A stretch of 64,000 nucleotides of DNA from an uncultured Acidobacteriota bacterium (GCA_963764505.1 CAVXSP010000001.1:3316614-3380613); one strand, 5' to 3'. Shown: positions 19,792-29,428, numbered from the stretch's first letter. The notes: generated by a model from the letters alone, not told the origin. Translations and numbers: made by a program.

Positions 19792-19839
19792 AGCCCACTC
19801 TCCTCTGCCCGTTGTACGGGTCGAACTTTAGTATCGTCA

Positions 19840-19869
19840 ATTATAGAAATATGAGCTTTTGATTGTCAA
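19840..19869 (-). promoter_or_regulatory. Consensus sigma70-type promoter for dnaK operon (TTGACA-N18-TATAAT)
   Basis: Minus strand: cTTGACAatcaaaagctcatatttcTATAATtgacg. Lies in the AT-rich island of this region, about 50 nt upstream of the dnaK ATG (RBS GGAGAG). Confidence 0.6.
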
Positions 19870-20001
19870 GATGGAATCGATATTTCCCGGCCGTCTCGCC
19901 CTTACCACCGGTCACTCAGTCATTTGCTCGAAGCGTGGCGCTCCCATCGGGCGGCTGCTATCATGTGCCTCACGCGCTGCCTGCCGCTTCAAGGTCGCCG
20001 G

Positions 20002-21489
20002 ATGTTCTCCACCCGCGCGGGAGGCCTCCTCCTCCCCTGGCCTGCTTCGCCCATCCTTGCCGTGCTGCTGGCCTTATGGCTCGCGTCGGTTCTGCCGGTG
20101 CCCGCACTCGCGCAGGCGGCTGCCCCCAGCCAGACGGCGCCGGTTCACAGCTCGGTCAGCGATACGGTTGCCCCGGATCTGCCGCCGGCGCGCTTCTCGT
20201 CCATCCAGGGCCCCGTCGCGCTCGAGCGCGATGCGCGCGTGCTCGCGCCGGCGGTCGACATGCCGCTCCTGGCGGGCGACCGCGTCCGCACAGAGGCCGG
20301 CCGCGCCAGGATTCAGTTCGGCGCGGGCAGCTCGCTCGAACTGGCGCCGCACTCGGACGTCGACCTCCGCGGCGATGCGTTCGTCCAGCTCCTCGGCGGC
20401 GCACTGCAGATCGTGCTCGTCTCCAGGACCGCCTGCACCCAGCCGGACGTCTGGTGTCTTTCGTATCGCATCGATTCGGCGCCGGGCTCCGTCGTCCTGC
20501 ACGCCGCGGGCGAGTACCACATTGCGCTTCAGGTGGTGAGCGGCGAACCGCGCCTGGAGCTCTCGGTCGGCCAGGGCTCCGCCACGCTCCAGAACGGGCG
20601 CGGTACGGTGATCGTCGGCGCCGGCTCGCACGCCTGGACGACGGCCGACCTTCCCCCCGCGGCGCCGACCTCGAACGACACGATCGCGGCGGCAAGCGCC
20701 AGGCCGTGGCCCGGCGAGGACCGGACGGTGCGGCGCGACTCGACGCCCTCCGCTTCGCCGGTCCCGGCCGAGTTGGCCGATTACGGCAGCGAGCTCGACC
20801 GCGCGGGCGCCTGGCGCACGGACCCGACACTCGGCCGCGTCTGGTATCCGCGTGTCGGCGCAGACTGGGCCCCGTATTCGACCGGCGACTGGTCGTTCGT
20901 CGCCAGCTTCGGCTGGGTCTGGATTGGCGCCGAGCGATGGTCCTGGCCGACGCATCACTACGGGCGCTGGGGCATCGACGGGCGAGGCTGGTTCTGGATT
21001 CCCGGTTCGCACTGGGCGCCGGGCTGGGTCGCGTGGGCCTACGCGCCTGGCTACGTGAGCTGGTGTCCCCTCGGCGCGAACGACGAGGCGGTCGTCGCCC
21101 CGGGGAGCGCGCGGCACGGGGGTGGATGGTCGGGCGTTCCCGCGGAACGGTTCGCGCGGAACACCGTCAGCCTGCGGGCCGCCGTGGACCGGTCCCTTCC
21201 GCTCGGCGTCCCAAGAATCGCTCGTCGCCGGTCCGCCTCCCGGGCTCGCGCGCGGCGCCGCTCCGCTGTCGCTGCCGCTGCTCGGACCAGAATTCGGCCG
21301 ACCTGCGACGTCAGTGCCGCGGCCGCTGGAAGGCGGCCGCATCACGTCCCGCGTCGGCTCGTCCGGCGGACCTCCGGCGCCAGGAGCGAGCGTTCCGACG
21401 GCCGGCGCGGGAGTGCCGCGGTTTCCGCCCGTGCCGCCCGCGACGCTCTCGCCCACTCCCGTTCAGCGCAGCGGCCGATAGCGCGCTAG
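20002..21489 (+). CDS. Secreted FecR-domain / DUF6600-like protein
   Basis: Start at MFSTRAGGLLLPWPASPILAVLLALWLASVL. FecR-like GDRVRTEAGRARIQFGAGSSLEL. Trp-rich block YGRWGIDGRGWFWIPGSHWAPGWVAWAYAPGYVSWCPLG. The C-terminal ~90 aa are Arg-rich low complexity, so the frame there is uncertain. Confidence 0.55.
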   Translation: MFSTRAGGLLLPWPASPILAVLLALWLASVLPVPALAQAAAPSQTAPVHSSVSDTVAPDLPPARFSSIQGPVALERDARVLAPAVDMPLLAGDRVRTEAGRARIQFGAGSSLELAPHSDVDLRGDAFVQLLGGALQIVLVSRTACTQPDVWCLSYRIDSAPGSVVLHAAGEYHIALQVVSGEPRLELSVGQGSATLQNGRGTVIVGAGSHAWTTADLPPAAPTSNDTIAAASARPWPGEDRTVRRDSTPSASPVPAELADYGSELDRAGAWRTDPTLGRVWYPRVGADWAPYSTGDWSFVASFGWVWIGAERWSWPTHHYGRWGIDGRGWFWIPGSHWAPGWVAWAYAPGYVSWCPLGANDEAVVAPGSARHGGGWSGVPAERFARNTVSLRAAVDRSLPLGVPRIARRRSASRARARRRSAVAAAARTRIRPTCDVSAAAAGRRPHHVPRRLVRRTSGARSERSDGRRGSAAVSARAARDALAHSRSAQRPIAR

Positions 21490-21502
21490 AATTCTGAAGG
21501 GA

Positions 21503-23758
21503 ATGCCCCCGCCGGCTCCACGCGCCCTTCGTCTCGTCCGGAACTTCGGCATCGTCGCGTTGTTCCTCGCCGCCGCGCTGTTCGGCATTGCCAGCGGCGT
21601 GATGTTCGCCTTCGTCGGCGACCTCCCCCAAATCTCGGCGCTCGACGACTACTCGCCCAGCACGATCACGCGCGTCCAGGGGCGCGACGGCACGGTGGTC
21701 GGCGAGTTCGCGAGCGAGCGCCGCGAGCTGGTGACCTACGATCAGATTCCGCCCGTGCTGCGCAACGCGATCCTCTCGGCCGAGGACGGCGGGTTCTTCC
21801 GCCACAGCGGGCTGAGCCTCGGCCACACGTTCGTCGCGCTCGCGAAGGATCTGATCCTGCGGCGCAACGCCTACGGCGCCTCGACGATCACGCAGCAACT
21901 GGCGCGCAACCTGTTTCCGTCCGTGGGGTTCGAGCGCGCCGGCCTCGGCGGCTGGGAGCGCAAGATCAAAGAAGCCCTGCTGGCGATCCAAATCGAGAAG
22001 CGGTACACGAAGCAGGAAATCTTCACGATGTACTGCAACAAGGTGTACTGGGGACATCTCACGTACGGCGTCGAAGCTGCGTCCCAGCTCTACTTCGCCA
22101 AGCACGTCTCCGAGCTGAATCTGGACGAAGCGGCGCTCATCGCGGGGATCATCAACGGCAACCAGCGCTACAGCCCGTACGTGAACATGAAGGCGGCGCG
22201 CGTGCGGCGCGGCTACACGCTCGATCGCATGGTCGAGGAAGGCTACATCAGCGCGCAGGACGCGGCGGCGGCCAAGGCCCGGCCGATCGTCACGCGCGGG
22301 CAGCCCTCGGCGCCCCGATCGATCGCGCCCTATTTCCTCGAACAGATCCGGATTCAGCTCGAGGATCGGTACGGGGCGAAGGCCGTCTACGAGGGCGGGC
22401 TGACGGTCAAGACCGGCCTGGACGCGGGACTGCAGCGCGCCGCCAACCGCGCGCTCGACGAGGGGCTCCGGCGGCTCGACAAGCGCCGGGGCAGCTACCG
22501 CAAGCCCGCCCACAACCTCGCCGACGAGCACAAGTCGATCGAGACGTACTCGACCAGCCGCTGGAACCGGGACCTGGCGCCGGACGACATCGTGCCGGCG
22601 GTCGTGACGGGCGTCGAGGGTGCCGTCATCCACGTCCGCGTCGGGACGTGGCAGGGCGCGATCCCGAAGTCCGGTTACGAGTGGGCGCGGCGCGCCGCCG
22701 GCGCGCTCGTCCGGCGCGGCGACCTCATCGCGGTGCGGATCAAGTCGCTCGACGCCAAGGCCGGTACCCTCGACGCCGCGCTCGAGCAGGATCCGACGCT
22801 GCAGGGCGCGGTCGTCGCGCTCGACAACCACACCGGCCAGATCATGGTGATGATCGGCGGCACCAACTTCGAGCGGAGCCAGTTCAACCGGGCGATCCAG
22901 GCGATGCGCCAGGTCGGGTCCCTCTTCAAGCCGTTCGTCTACACGGCGGCGATCGACCGCGGCTACACGCCGGCCTCGACGCTGCTCGACGAACCGGTCA
23001 GCTTTCCCGCCGGCCCCGGGCAGCCCCCGTACGAGCCGAAGAACTACGAGCACGACTACTGGGGTGAGATCACGCTCCGGCGGGCGCTCGAGCACTCGCG
23101 CAACGTGCCGACCGTGCGGCTCATGAATACGCTGGGGCCGAAGACGGTGATCGGGTACGCGAAGCGGATGGGCGTCGCGTCCCCCATCCCGCCGTACCTC
23201 TCGTCGGCGATCGGCGCCGGCGAGGCGAACCTGCTCGAGATGACGTCCGCCTATACGAGCTTCCCGAACCAGGGCGTCCGGATGGCGCCGCTGCTGTTCG
23301 ACGAAGTCACCGACCGCGACGGAAACGTGCTCGAACAGCACCGGCCGCAGCCGCGCGAGGCGATCCGGGCCGACACCGCGTTCATCATGACGACGCTGCT
23401 CGAAGGGGTGATCCAGCATGGCACGGGCGCGGTCGCCCCCACCGAGCGGCTGCGCGCGCTCAACTGGCCGATCGGCGGCAAGACCGGCACCACGGACGAC
23501 TTCACCGATGCGTGGTTCATCGGCTTCGATCCGGACATCACGCTGGGCGTCTGGGTCGGGTTCGATCTGAAACGCCCGATCGGCGGCGGCATGTCGGGCG
23601 CCGTCGCGGCGCTGCCGATCTGGAGCGAGATCATGGACGCCTGGGTGCAGCAGCGCCGGCAGAACCTGGACGAGCCGCCCGGCTTCTCCCGTCCCGGCAA
23701 CGTCGTGTTCGTCGACGGCGAGGCGTACATCGCCGGCACGGAGCCGGGCCCTCGGTAG
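21503..23758 (+). CDS. mrcA: Penicillin-binding protein 1A (bifunctional transglycosylase/transpeptidase)
   Basis: 751 aa. GT51 motifs EDGGFFRHSG and RKIKEALLAIQIEKRYTKQEI. Transpeptidase motifs SLFKP (SxxK), HSRN and KTGTT. Confidence 0.9.
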   Translation: MPPPAPRALRLVRNFGIVALFLAAALFGIASGVMFAFVGDLPQISALDDYSPSTITRVQGRDGTVVGEFASERRELVTYDQIPPVLRNAILSAEDGGFFRHSGLSLGHTFVALAKDLILRRNAYGASTITQQLARNLFPSVGFERAGLGGWERKIKEALLAIQIEKRYTKQEIFTMYCNKVYWGHLTYGVEAASQLYFAKHVSELNLDEAALIAGIINGNQRYSPYVNMKAARVRRGYTLDRMVEEGYISAQDAAAAKARPIVTRGQPSAPRSIAPYFLEQIRIQLEDRYGAKAVYEGGLTVKTGLDAGLQRAANRALDEGLRRLDKRRGSYRKPAHNLADEHKSIETYSTSRWNRDLAPDDIVPAVVTGVEGAVIHVRVGTWQGAIPKSGYEWARRAAGALVRRGDLIAVRIKSLDAKAGTLDAALEQDPTLQGAVVALDNHTGQIMVMIGGTNFERSQFNRAIQAMRQVGSLFKPFVYTAAIDRGYTPASTLLDEPVSFPAGPGQPPYEPKNYEHDYWGEITLRRALEHSRNVPTVRLMNTLGPKTVIGYAKRMGVASPIPPYLSSAIGAGEANLLEMTSAYTSFPNQGVRMAPLLFDEVTDRDGNVLEQHRPQPREAIRADTAFIMTTLLEGVIQHGTGAVAPTERLRALNWPIGGKTGTTDDFTDAWFIGFDPDITLGVWVGFDLKRPIGGGMSGAVAALPIWSEIMDAWVQQRRQNLDEPPGFSRPGNVVFVDGEAYIAGTEPGPR

Positions 23759-23763
23759 GACGA

Positions 23764-24895
23764 CTAGTCTTCGTCCTCCGTCGCCGGCTCTCCCAGTTTC
23801 CCCAGCGCCTTCTGCATCAGGTACGCCTTGATGAAGTCGTCGAGGTCGCCGTCGAGCACACGGTTGACGTCGCCCACCTGGTGCCTCGTCCGGAGATCCT
23901 TCACCATCTGGTACGGCTGGAGGACATAACTCCGGATCTGGCTGCCGAAGGCGATCTGCTTCTTCTCCCCGCCGAGCTGATCGAGCCGCGCCTGCTGCTC
24001 CTTGAGACGGAGATCGTAGAGGCGCGCCTTGAGCACCTTCATCGCGGAGGAGCGGTTCTTGTGCTGCGAGCGCTCGTTCTGGCAGGAGACGACGATCCCG
24101 GTCGGCAGATGCGTGATCCGGATGGCGGAGTCGGTCACGTTCACGTGCTGGCCGCCGGCGCCGCTGGATCGGAACGTGTCGATGCGGATGTCCTTCTCGT
24201 CGATGTCGACGTCGATGTCTTCGGGAATCTCCGGCCACACGTACACGGAGGCGAAGGAGGTGTGGCGACGGGCCGCCTGGTCGAAGGGCGAGATGCGCAC
24301 GAGCCGGTGGATGCCGGCCTCCGCTGAGAGCAGACCGTAGGCGTAGTCGCCGACGACCGTGAAGGTCGCCCCCTTGATGCCGGCCTCGTCGCCTGGCTGC
24401 AGATCGATGATGTCGCGCTTGAATCCCCGCCGCTCGGTCCACCGCAGGTACATGCGCATGAGCATCTCGGCCCAGTCCTGCGACTCGGTGCCGCCGGCGC
24501 CGGGATGGATCGCCACGATCGCGTTCTTCCGATCCATCCCGCCCGACAGCATCGTCCGGATCTCGCCGTTCTCGATGTCGCGGGCGTACTGCTCGAGGCC
24601 GCGCGTCAGGTCCGCGCCGACGTCCTCGCCCTGGCGAGCCCAGTCGAACAGCACGCCGAGGTCGTCGGCCTGGCGCCTCAGCGCCTCGGCCAGCCCCTTG
24701 TCGTCTTCGATCCGGCGCCGGCGCTGCAGCACCTGCTGGGCGGCGCTCTGGTCCTTCCAGAACTCGGGAGCGGAGATGTGGGTTTCGAGGTCGTTCAGTT
24801 CGCGCTGCAGACGGGCCTCGTCAAAGGCCCCTCCGCAGATGCGCGGCGCGCTCGGACAGGTCGCCGTACCAGCGGACTTGCTCGTCGAGGGTCAT
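23764..24895 (-). CDS. prfB: Peptide chain release factor 2, expressed via programmed +1 frameshift
   Basis: ORF0 [27 protein letters not shown] (end of ORF 24821..25348). ORF1 continues +1 as [24 protein letters not shown]... into ORF 23764..24732 with the SPF and GGQ motifs. Confidence 0.9.
24820..24832 (-). promoter_or_regulatory. RF2 autoregulatory frameshift site (AGGGGC CTT TGA C)
   Basis: Minus strand: cggAGGGGCCTTTGACgag. Slippery CTT, in-frame TGA followed by C, and an SD-like AGGGG just upstream. Confidence 0.85.
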
Positions 24896-24963
24896 GCCGG
24901 CCATTGTAGCGGGTCGAGACCGCGCCACGCACGGCATCGGCCCGGCGCGGACCCGACCCGCGA

Positions 24964-25248
24964 CTACTCGCTCAGTCGCTGCGCGGGGTTCGTTGGAGCG
25001 CTCGGCGCAACGGGACCGGCTCCCTTCGGCGTCGCTCCGACGCGCTCGGCGGGCGCCGTCCACTTCGCGTGGCGCATCGGCCGGCGAACCCACGGACAAT
25101 CGAGCGCAGCCTTGAAGTCCGTCAGGCGATCGAACCACCGGTCGTCCTGAGCGGGCGGTGGGAGCGGGTCGCCCTCGGTCCAGCCGTCCGGCACCGTCAC
25201 GATGAAATACTGTCCTTCGAAGCTCTGGGCGCCGATTCGTCGTGGCAT
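24964..25248 (-). CDS. Hypothetical protein (94 aa)
   Basis: ATG preceded by AAGGGGA. 17 nt after the stop of the upstream small ORF. No recognisable motif. Confidence 0.45.
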   Translation of the reverse strand: MPRRIGAQSFEGQYFIVTVPDGWTEGDPLPPPAQDDRWFDRLTDFKAALDCPWVRRPMRHAKWTAPAERVGATPKGAGPVAPSAPTNPAQRLSE

Positions 25249-25265
25249 GTCGGTCAGGTCCCCTT

Positions 25266-25496
25266 TCAGACGGTCTCAAGCAGTTCACAGCAGTCGCACC
25301 AGGGCGTCCCGCACACCCACGCGAACTCGTACTTGGACGAGGCGCCAACCGGCCTGGCCGCCGACGTCAGGAGCGGATGGTGGCGGCTGAGCGTCATGAC
25401 GCCCCGGCACCTGGGACAAATCCGGGCCTGAAGTGAGGCAGGCAGCAGCTGGTCGGAGCGGAAACCCGGCTGGACGGGCGGCGGATCCCATTTCAC
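25266..25496 (-). CDS. Hypothetical zinc-ribbon-like small protein (76 aa)
   Basis: GTG start 6 nt after a perfect AAGGAGG. ...ICPRCRGVMTL...WVCGTPWCDCCELL (CxxC ... C..C.CC). Confidence 0.5.
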   Translation of the reverse strand: MKWDPPPVQPGFRSDQLLPASLQARICPRCRGVMTLSRHHPLLTSAARPVGASSKYEFAWVCGTPWCDCCELLETV

Positions 25497-25592
25497 GGCA
25501 GACCTCCTTGCGATGAACCTCGGTCGGGGTGTGCCAAGCCGCACTTGACGGAAATTTGATCATGTCCACTAATCGACCAGGAGACTATCGGG

Positions 25593-25700
25593 ATGGAAGG
25601 CAGTGGATGTCGGGATCGTCCCTGTCAGGACAAGCCGAGCTGTCAGAACAAGCCTGACGTGCTTCAGTGTTCTCGAAGCCAGCCCAGCTTGACGCCGTAG
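25593..25700 (+). CDS. Candidate Cys-rich small ORF (35 aa), speculative
   Basis: TTGACG(25545-50)-N17-ACTAAT(25568-73), AGGAGA 8 nt before the ATG. MEGSGCRDRPCQDKPSCQNKPDVLQCSRSQPSLTP. Encoded across the 18-nt-period repeat. Overlaps the regulator 3' end antisense. Codon usage is atypical (four TGT codons). Confidence 0.25.
   Translation: MEGSGCRDRPCQDKPSCQNKPDVLQCSRSQPSLTP
25622..25654. repeat. Tandem direct repeat, 2 x 15 nt with 18-nt period (CTGTCAGRACAAGCC)
   Basis: ctgtcaggacaagcc gag ctgtcagaacaagcc. Lies between the regulator stop (25664) and the zinc-ribbon ORF. Confidence 0.8.
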
Positions 25701-26317
25701 CGCACGATGTCCACGCGATCGCGCAGCGCGAGCTTCTGCATCGCGCGCGCCTTGTAGGTCTCGACGGTCTTCACGCTGAGGTCGAGCTCGGCGGCGATTT
25801 CCTTGTTGCTGTAGCCCTGTGCGATCTGGCGCAGCACCCGCGCTTCCCGATGCGTCAGCGTGACGCCGGAATCGTGCACCGTCGGGGCGGTCTGAAGGAA
25901 GCTGTTCACGACGGCGCCGGCAAGCCGCGGGTCGACGTAGATGCCGCCGGCCGAGACGGTCCGGATCGCGTGCAGCAACTCGTCGACGCCGGCACGAGTC
26001 GCGACGTAGGCGGATGCGCCGGCTTCGAAGATCGCGCGCAGGGCCGACCGGTCCTCCTGCGGCCCGAGCGCGATGATCTTCACGCCGGGCCAGATCCGCC
26101 GGAAGAGCCGCGTGGTCTGGGCGCCATCGAGCGGCGAGCCGGCCGCGTCGATAATTGCCAGATCGGGTCGGGTAGCGGCCAATTGCTCGGACGCCTCGCG
26201 TCCGCCCTCCGCTTCGCCGGCCAGCTCGAGCGCCGCCTGCTGTTCGATGATGCGCTTGAGTCCCTCGCGGATCAGCGCATGGTCGTGCGCCACGAAAATC
26301 CGGGTTCGCGTCAGCAT
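25664..26317 (-). CDS. NarL/FixJ (LuxR-type HTH) response regulator
   Basis: 217 aa. Receiver domain with DLAIID. C-terminal LTHREARVLRQIAQGYSNKEIAAELDLSVKTVETYKARAMQKL. Confidence 0.85.
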   Translation of the reverse strand: MLTRTRIFVAHDHALIREGLKRIIEQQAALELAGEAEGGREASEQLAATRPDLAIIDAAGSPLDGAQTTRLFRRIWPGVKIIALGPQEDRSALRAIFEAGASAYVATRAGVDELLHAIRTVSAGGIYVDPRLAGAVVNSFLQTAPTVHDSGVTLTHREARVLRQIAQGYSNKEIAAELDLSVKTVETYKARAMQKLALRDRVDIVRYGVKLGWLREH

Positions 26318-26454
26318 CGAAGCCGCATCAGGAGGGATTGCCGGCCGTTCGCTGCTCGATCAGCGCACAGACCCTCTCGAGATCCAGCGGCTGGAGCGGA
26401 CCTCCGCCGGACCGTTTCGCAGGCGGGCACCCCGACTCCGGCAACACACGCGGT

Positions 26455-29428
26455 CTACGGCTCGCCTCGACCATTGACGGCATCCTCAGCGACAAGGACA
26501 AGCGTCTGGCTCCGACCGTCCACTTCGAGCGGCTGGGCGCGCAGGGTCAGGCGGCGCCTGGCGCCCTGCAGCTGCATCTCCAGATCGGCGCGCCCGGCCA
26601 CGCCTCTCGAGCCCTTCTCCAGCAGGTCGCGCACCTGTGGCGAATTCCACAAGGGGCCGATCTCATCGATCGGACGCCCCTCCATCTTCGCGGTCCCCGT
26701 GCCGAAGGCGCTGCGGAACGCCGAGCTGGCGCCGAGAACCCGCCGCTCGGAATCGAGCAGCAGCATCGGCTTCCCCACGAGTTCCGATAGCGCGTCGAAC
26801 GTCGCGCGAACCTGTTCGGAGGCCGTCCGCCACCGCACGCCCTCCATCCGCACCAGCGTCAGCACGGCACCGCTGAGCCGGTTGTCGACGGTCTTGTACG
26901 GACGGACCCGCAGGAGGTGCGGCCGTCCTTCCTTGTCGTTGACCTCGCGTTCCTGGGGCGTCAGGCTGTCGAGCGTCTCGTGAATCATCGGCTCGAGGTC
27001 GAGCCCGTCGAAGTTCGGGTTGATCTGCCCGATGCGGCGTCCGACGTCACCCGGAATGAGGTTGAACATGTTCTCGGCGCGCGGTGTGAACCGCCGGACC
27101 GTCAGGTCATTGTCGACGATGACGATTGGCAGATCGACGCTGGCGAGCAGGTTGACGAGAATCGCTGTTCACCTGCGTAAGCTCCTCGTTGCGCGAGTGG
27201 AGCTCCTCGTTGAGCGTGTTCAGCTCCTCGTTCATGCTCTGGAGCTCTTCCTTGGCGGTATCGAGCTCTTCGTTGGTGCTCTGCAGCTCCTCGTTGCTCG
27301 AGAGGATCTCCTCGTTTGCCGATTGCAGCTCCTCGTTGGAGGCCTCGAGCTCCTGGATGATCGACTGGAGGTACTCGCGGTTGGCGACCAGTTCGCGCCG
27401 CAGCTCGGTGACCTGGCCGGTCGGCTCGGCCGGCCTCGCACCCTTCCGGCGCCCCTTCCGCGCGCCCGGCTTGACGGCCGGCTCGAGGAACAGGATCAGG
27501 AAGTGGTCGCCTTGCCCGCTGGTGAGCGGGACGACCTCGATCTCGACCTCGCGCCAGCTCCCGTTGACCCGCACCTGCAGGTGCTCCCTGCGGGCCGCGC
27601 GCCGGCGACGCCGCGCGGCCTCCAGCGCGGTCTGCAGAGGATGCAGCAGTCCGGTGCGCGCCATCTTCAGGACGTTGAGGTTCGGCTCGCCGGCGGCGGC
27701 CTCGAGGTAGGGCCCCGTACGTCCGCGGAACTGAACGATGTGCAGGTTGCCATCGACGACCACGCCGGCCGGCGCATACCGATCCAGCAGGAGCCGGTTC
27801 ACGTCGTCGATCATCGATTTCGGCGAGCCGGGCTGTGGTCCGGCGCCGGCCCTCCGCTCGTGAGCCGCGTCGCTGGCCATCGGCGGGCCCGATGTCATCG
27901 GCAGCCGCACGTCGACCGGAACCTTCCGGAAGATCCGCCCCCTCTTGTCGGCGGGCGTGAACAGCCCCTGCGAGCCCGTGGTCTCCGCCGATCCCAGCAT
28001 GAGGAACCCCTGGGTCCGCAGCGCGTAGTGAAAGACGGTCATGAGCCGCTGCTGCAGCGGCACGTCGAGGTAGATCAGCACGTTGCGGCAGACGATCAGG
28101 TCCAGCCGCGAGAAGGGGGGGTCACGTGTGAGATCGTGACGGGCGAACACGCACATGTCCCGAATCGCCTTCGCCACGCGATATCCGCTGTCGGTCTTGC
28201 TGAAGAAGCGCTTCAGGCGTTCGGGACTGACGTCGGCAGTGATGCTCCACGGAAACACGCCGAGGCGCGCGTGCTCGATGCTCGACTCGCTGACGTCGGT
28301 GGCGAAGATCTGGACCCGCCGCTCGGGCGCGCGGTCGCCCAGGACCTCGTACAGACAGATCGCAACGCTGTAGGCCTCCTCTCCAGTCGCGCAGCCGGGG
28401 ACCCACACGCGGATGTCGCTGTCCTGCCGCGACTGCGTGATCGTGGGAAACACGATGGACTGCAGACCGGCGAACGATTCCGCGTCGCGAAAGAACCGCG
28501 TCACGTGAATCAAGAGGTCCTGCCCGAGCGTGGTGGCCTCGTTCGGATGCTCGGTCAGGTAGGCCACGTACGCCCCGACGTCCACCAGCCGCAGCACCGC
28601 CATCCGACGCAGCAGCCGCCGCTTGATCGTCGGCAGCTTGTAATGTCGGAAGTCGATGCCGCTCGTCCGGCGGAGGATCGCGAAGATTTCGCGCAGCTGC
28701 GCGTCGGGAACGTGCGCGTCGGCCCCTTCGTCCGGATCCGCGCTGGGCGGCGCGAGATACGGATGCGACCGCACCTGGGCGATCTGTTCGGCGATCTCTT
28801 CGGGCGACAGCACCAGATCCACCAGGCCCGTCTTGATGGCTGCGCGCGGCATGCCGTCGTACTTCGCCGTTTCGGGCGATTGGGCGATGGTGATCCCGCC
28901 CTGCGCCTTGATCTCCCGGATGCCCGCAGCGCCATCCGATCCGGTGCCCGACAGGATGACGCCGATGGCCCGCCCACGTGCCCACTGCGCGAGCGAGGTG
29001 AACAAAGTGTCGATGGCCAGGGGCGGCACCGGGCGCCGGGCATCCGCCCTCAGGTGGATGCAGCCCTCTCTCACCTCCGCAGCCATGTGCGGAGGGATGA
29101 CGTAGAGCACGTTCGGCTCGATCCGCGTCCCGTTCGTCGGGTCCACGACCTTCAACGGCGTCTTCGCCGCGAGCAGGTCCGGCAGAGTGCTCTCCTGGGC
29201 CGGCCGATGCTGCACGAACAGCAGCGCCACGTTCGGGGACTTCGGTAACCGGTCGAGCAACCGGAGAAACGCCTCGAGCCCGCCCGCCGACGCGCCGACG
29301 GCGACAATCGTGGCGTGGACCGGCGACTCTGCGGTCTGGGATCTCGTGGCCTGTCGCGCTGCGGGCGTGGATCGGCGCGTGCTCGTTGAGCGTGCGGGCC
29401 CCGACGAAGAACTGCGCTTCCGCGCCAT
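26455..29428 (-). pseudogene. CheB methylesterase - CheR methyltransferase - PAS/coiled-coil fusion signalling protein, frame broken by a 1-nt insertion (possibly an assembly artefact)
   Basis: ORF 27107..29428 carries a CheB-like domain (VGASAGGLEAF...GVILSGTGSDGAAG), a CheR-like domain (RVWVPGCATGEEAYS...LIVCRNVLIYLD) and heptad repeats NEELQS.... ORF 26455..27069 continues the family-typical ...FNLIPGDVGRRIGQI... PAS region. Removing one base of GAATC 27159-27163 joins them (...QVNSD|LVNLLASVDLPIVIVDNDLTVRRFTPRAENMFNL...) into 990 aa. Confidence 0.8.

Noticed and set aside
21215-21219. GAATC in the FecR/DUF6600-like gene as another GATC insertion. Removing a base swaps the Arg-rich tail for a Pro/Gly-rich tail ending 8 nt earlier.
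   Set aside because: Both alternative C-termini are low complexity with similar codon bias, and no conserved motif decides between them. Intact in-frame GAWTC sites are common elsewhere, so this cannot be called.
25531-25536. TGGCAC on the minus strand upstream of the zinc-ribbon ORF as a sigma-54 -24 element.
   Set aside because: The expected -12 TTGC(A/T) element after a 5-nt spacer is absent; the sequence reads gaccg.
26328-26498. A short minus-strand ORF between the PAS protein and the regulator whose end (...GGPLQPLDLERVCALIEQRTAGNPS) resembles the C-terminus of a receiver domain.
   Set aside because: It is only about 51-57 codons, with no room for a full receiver domain. The upstream part overlaps the PAS gene out of frame. 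It could be a relic of a deleted domain or chance, and is not supportable as a gene.
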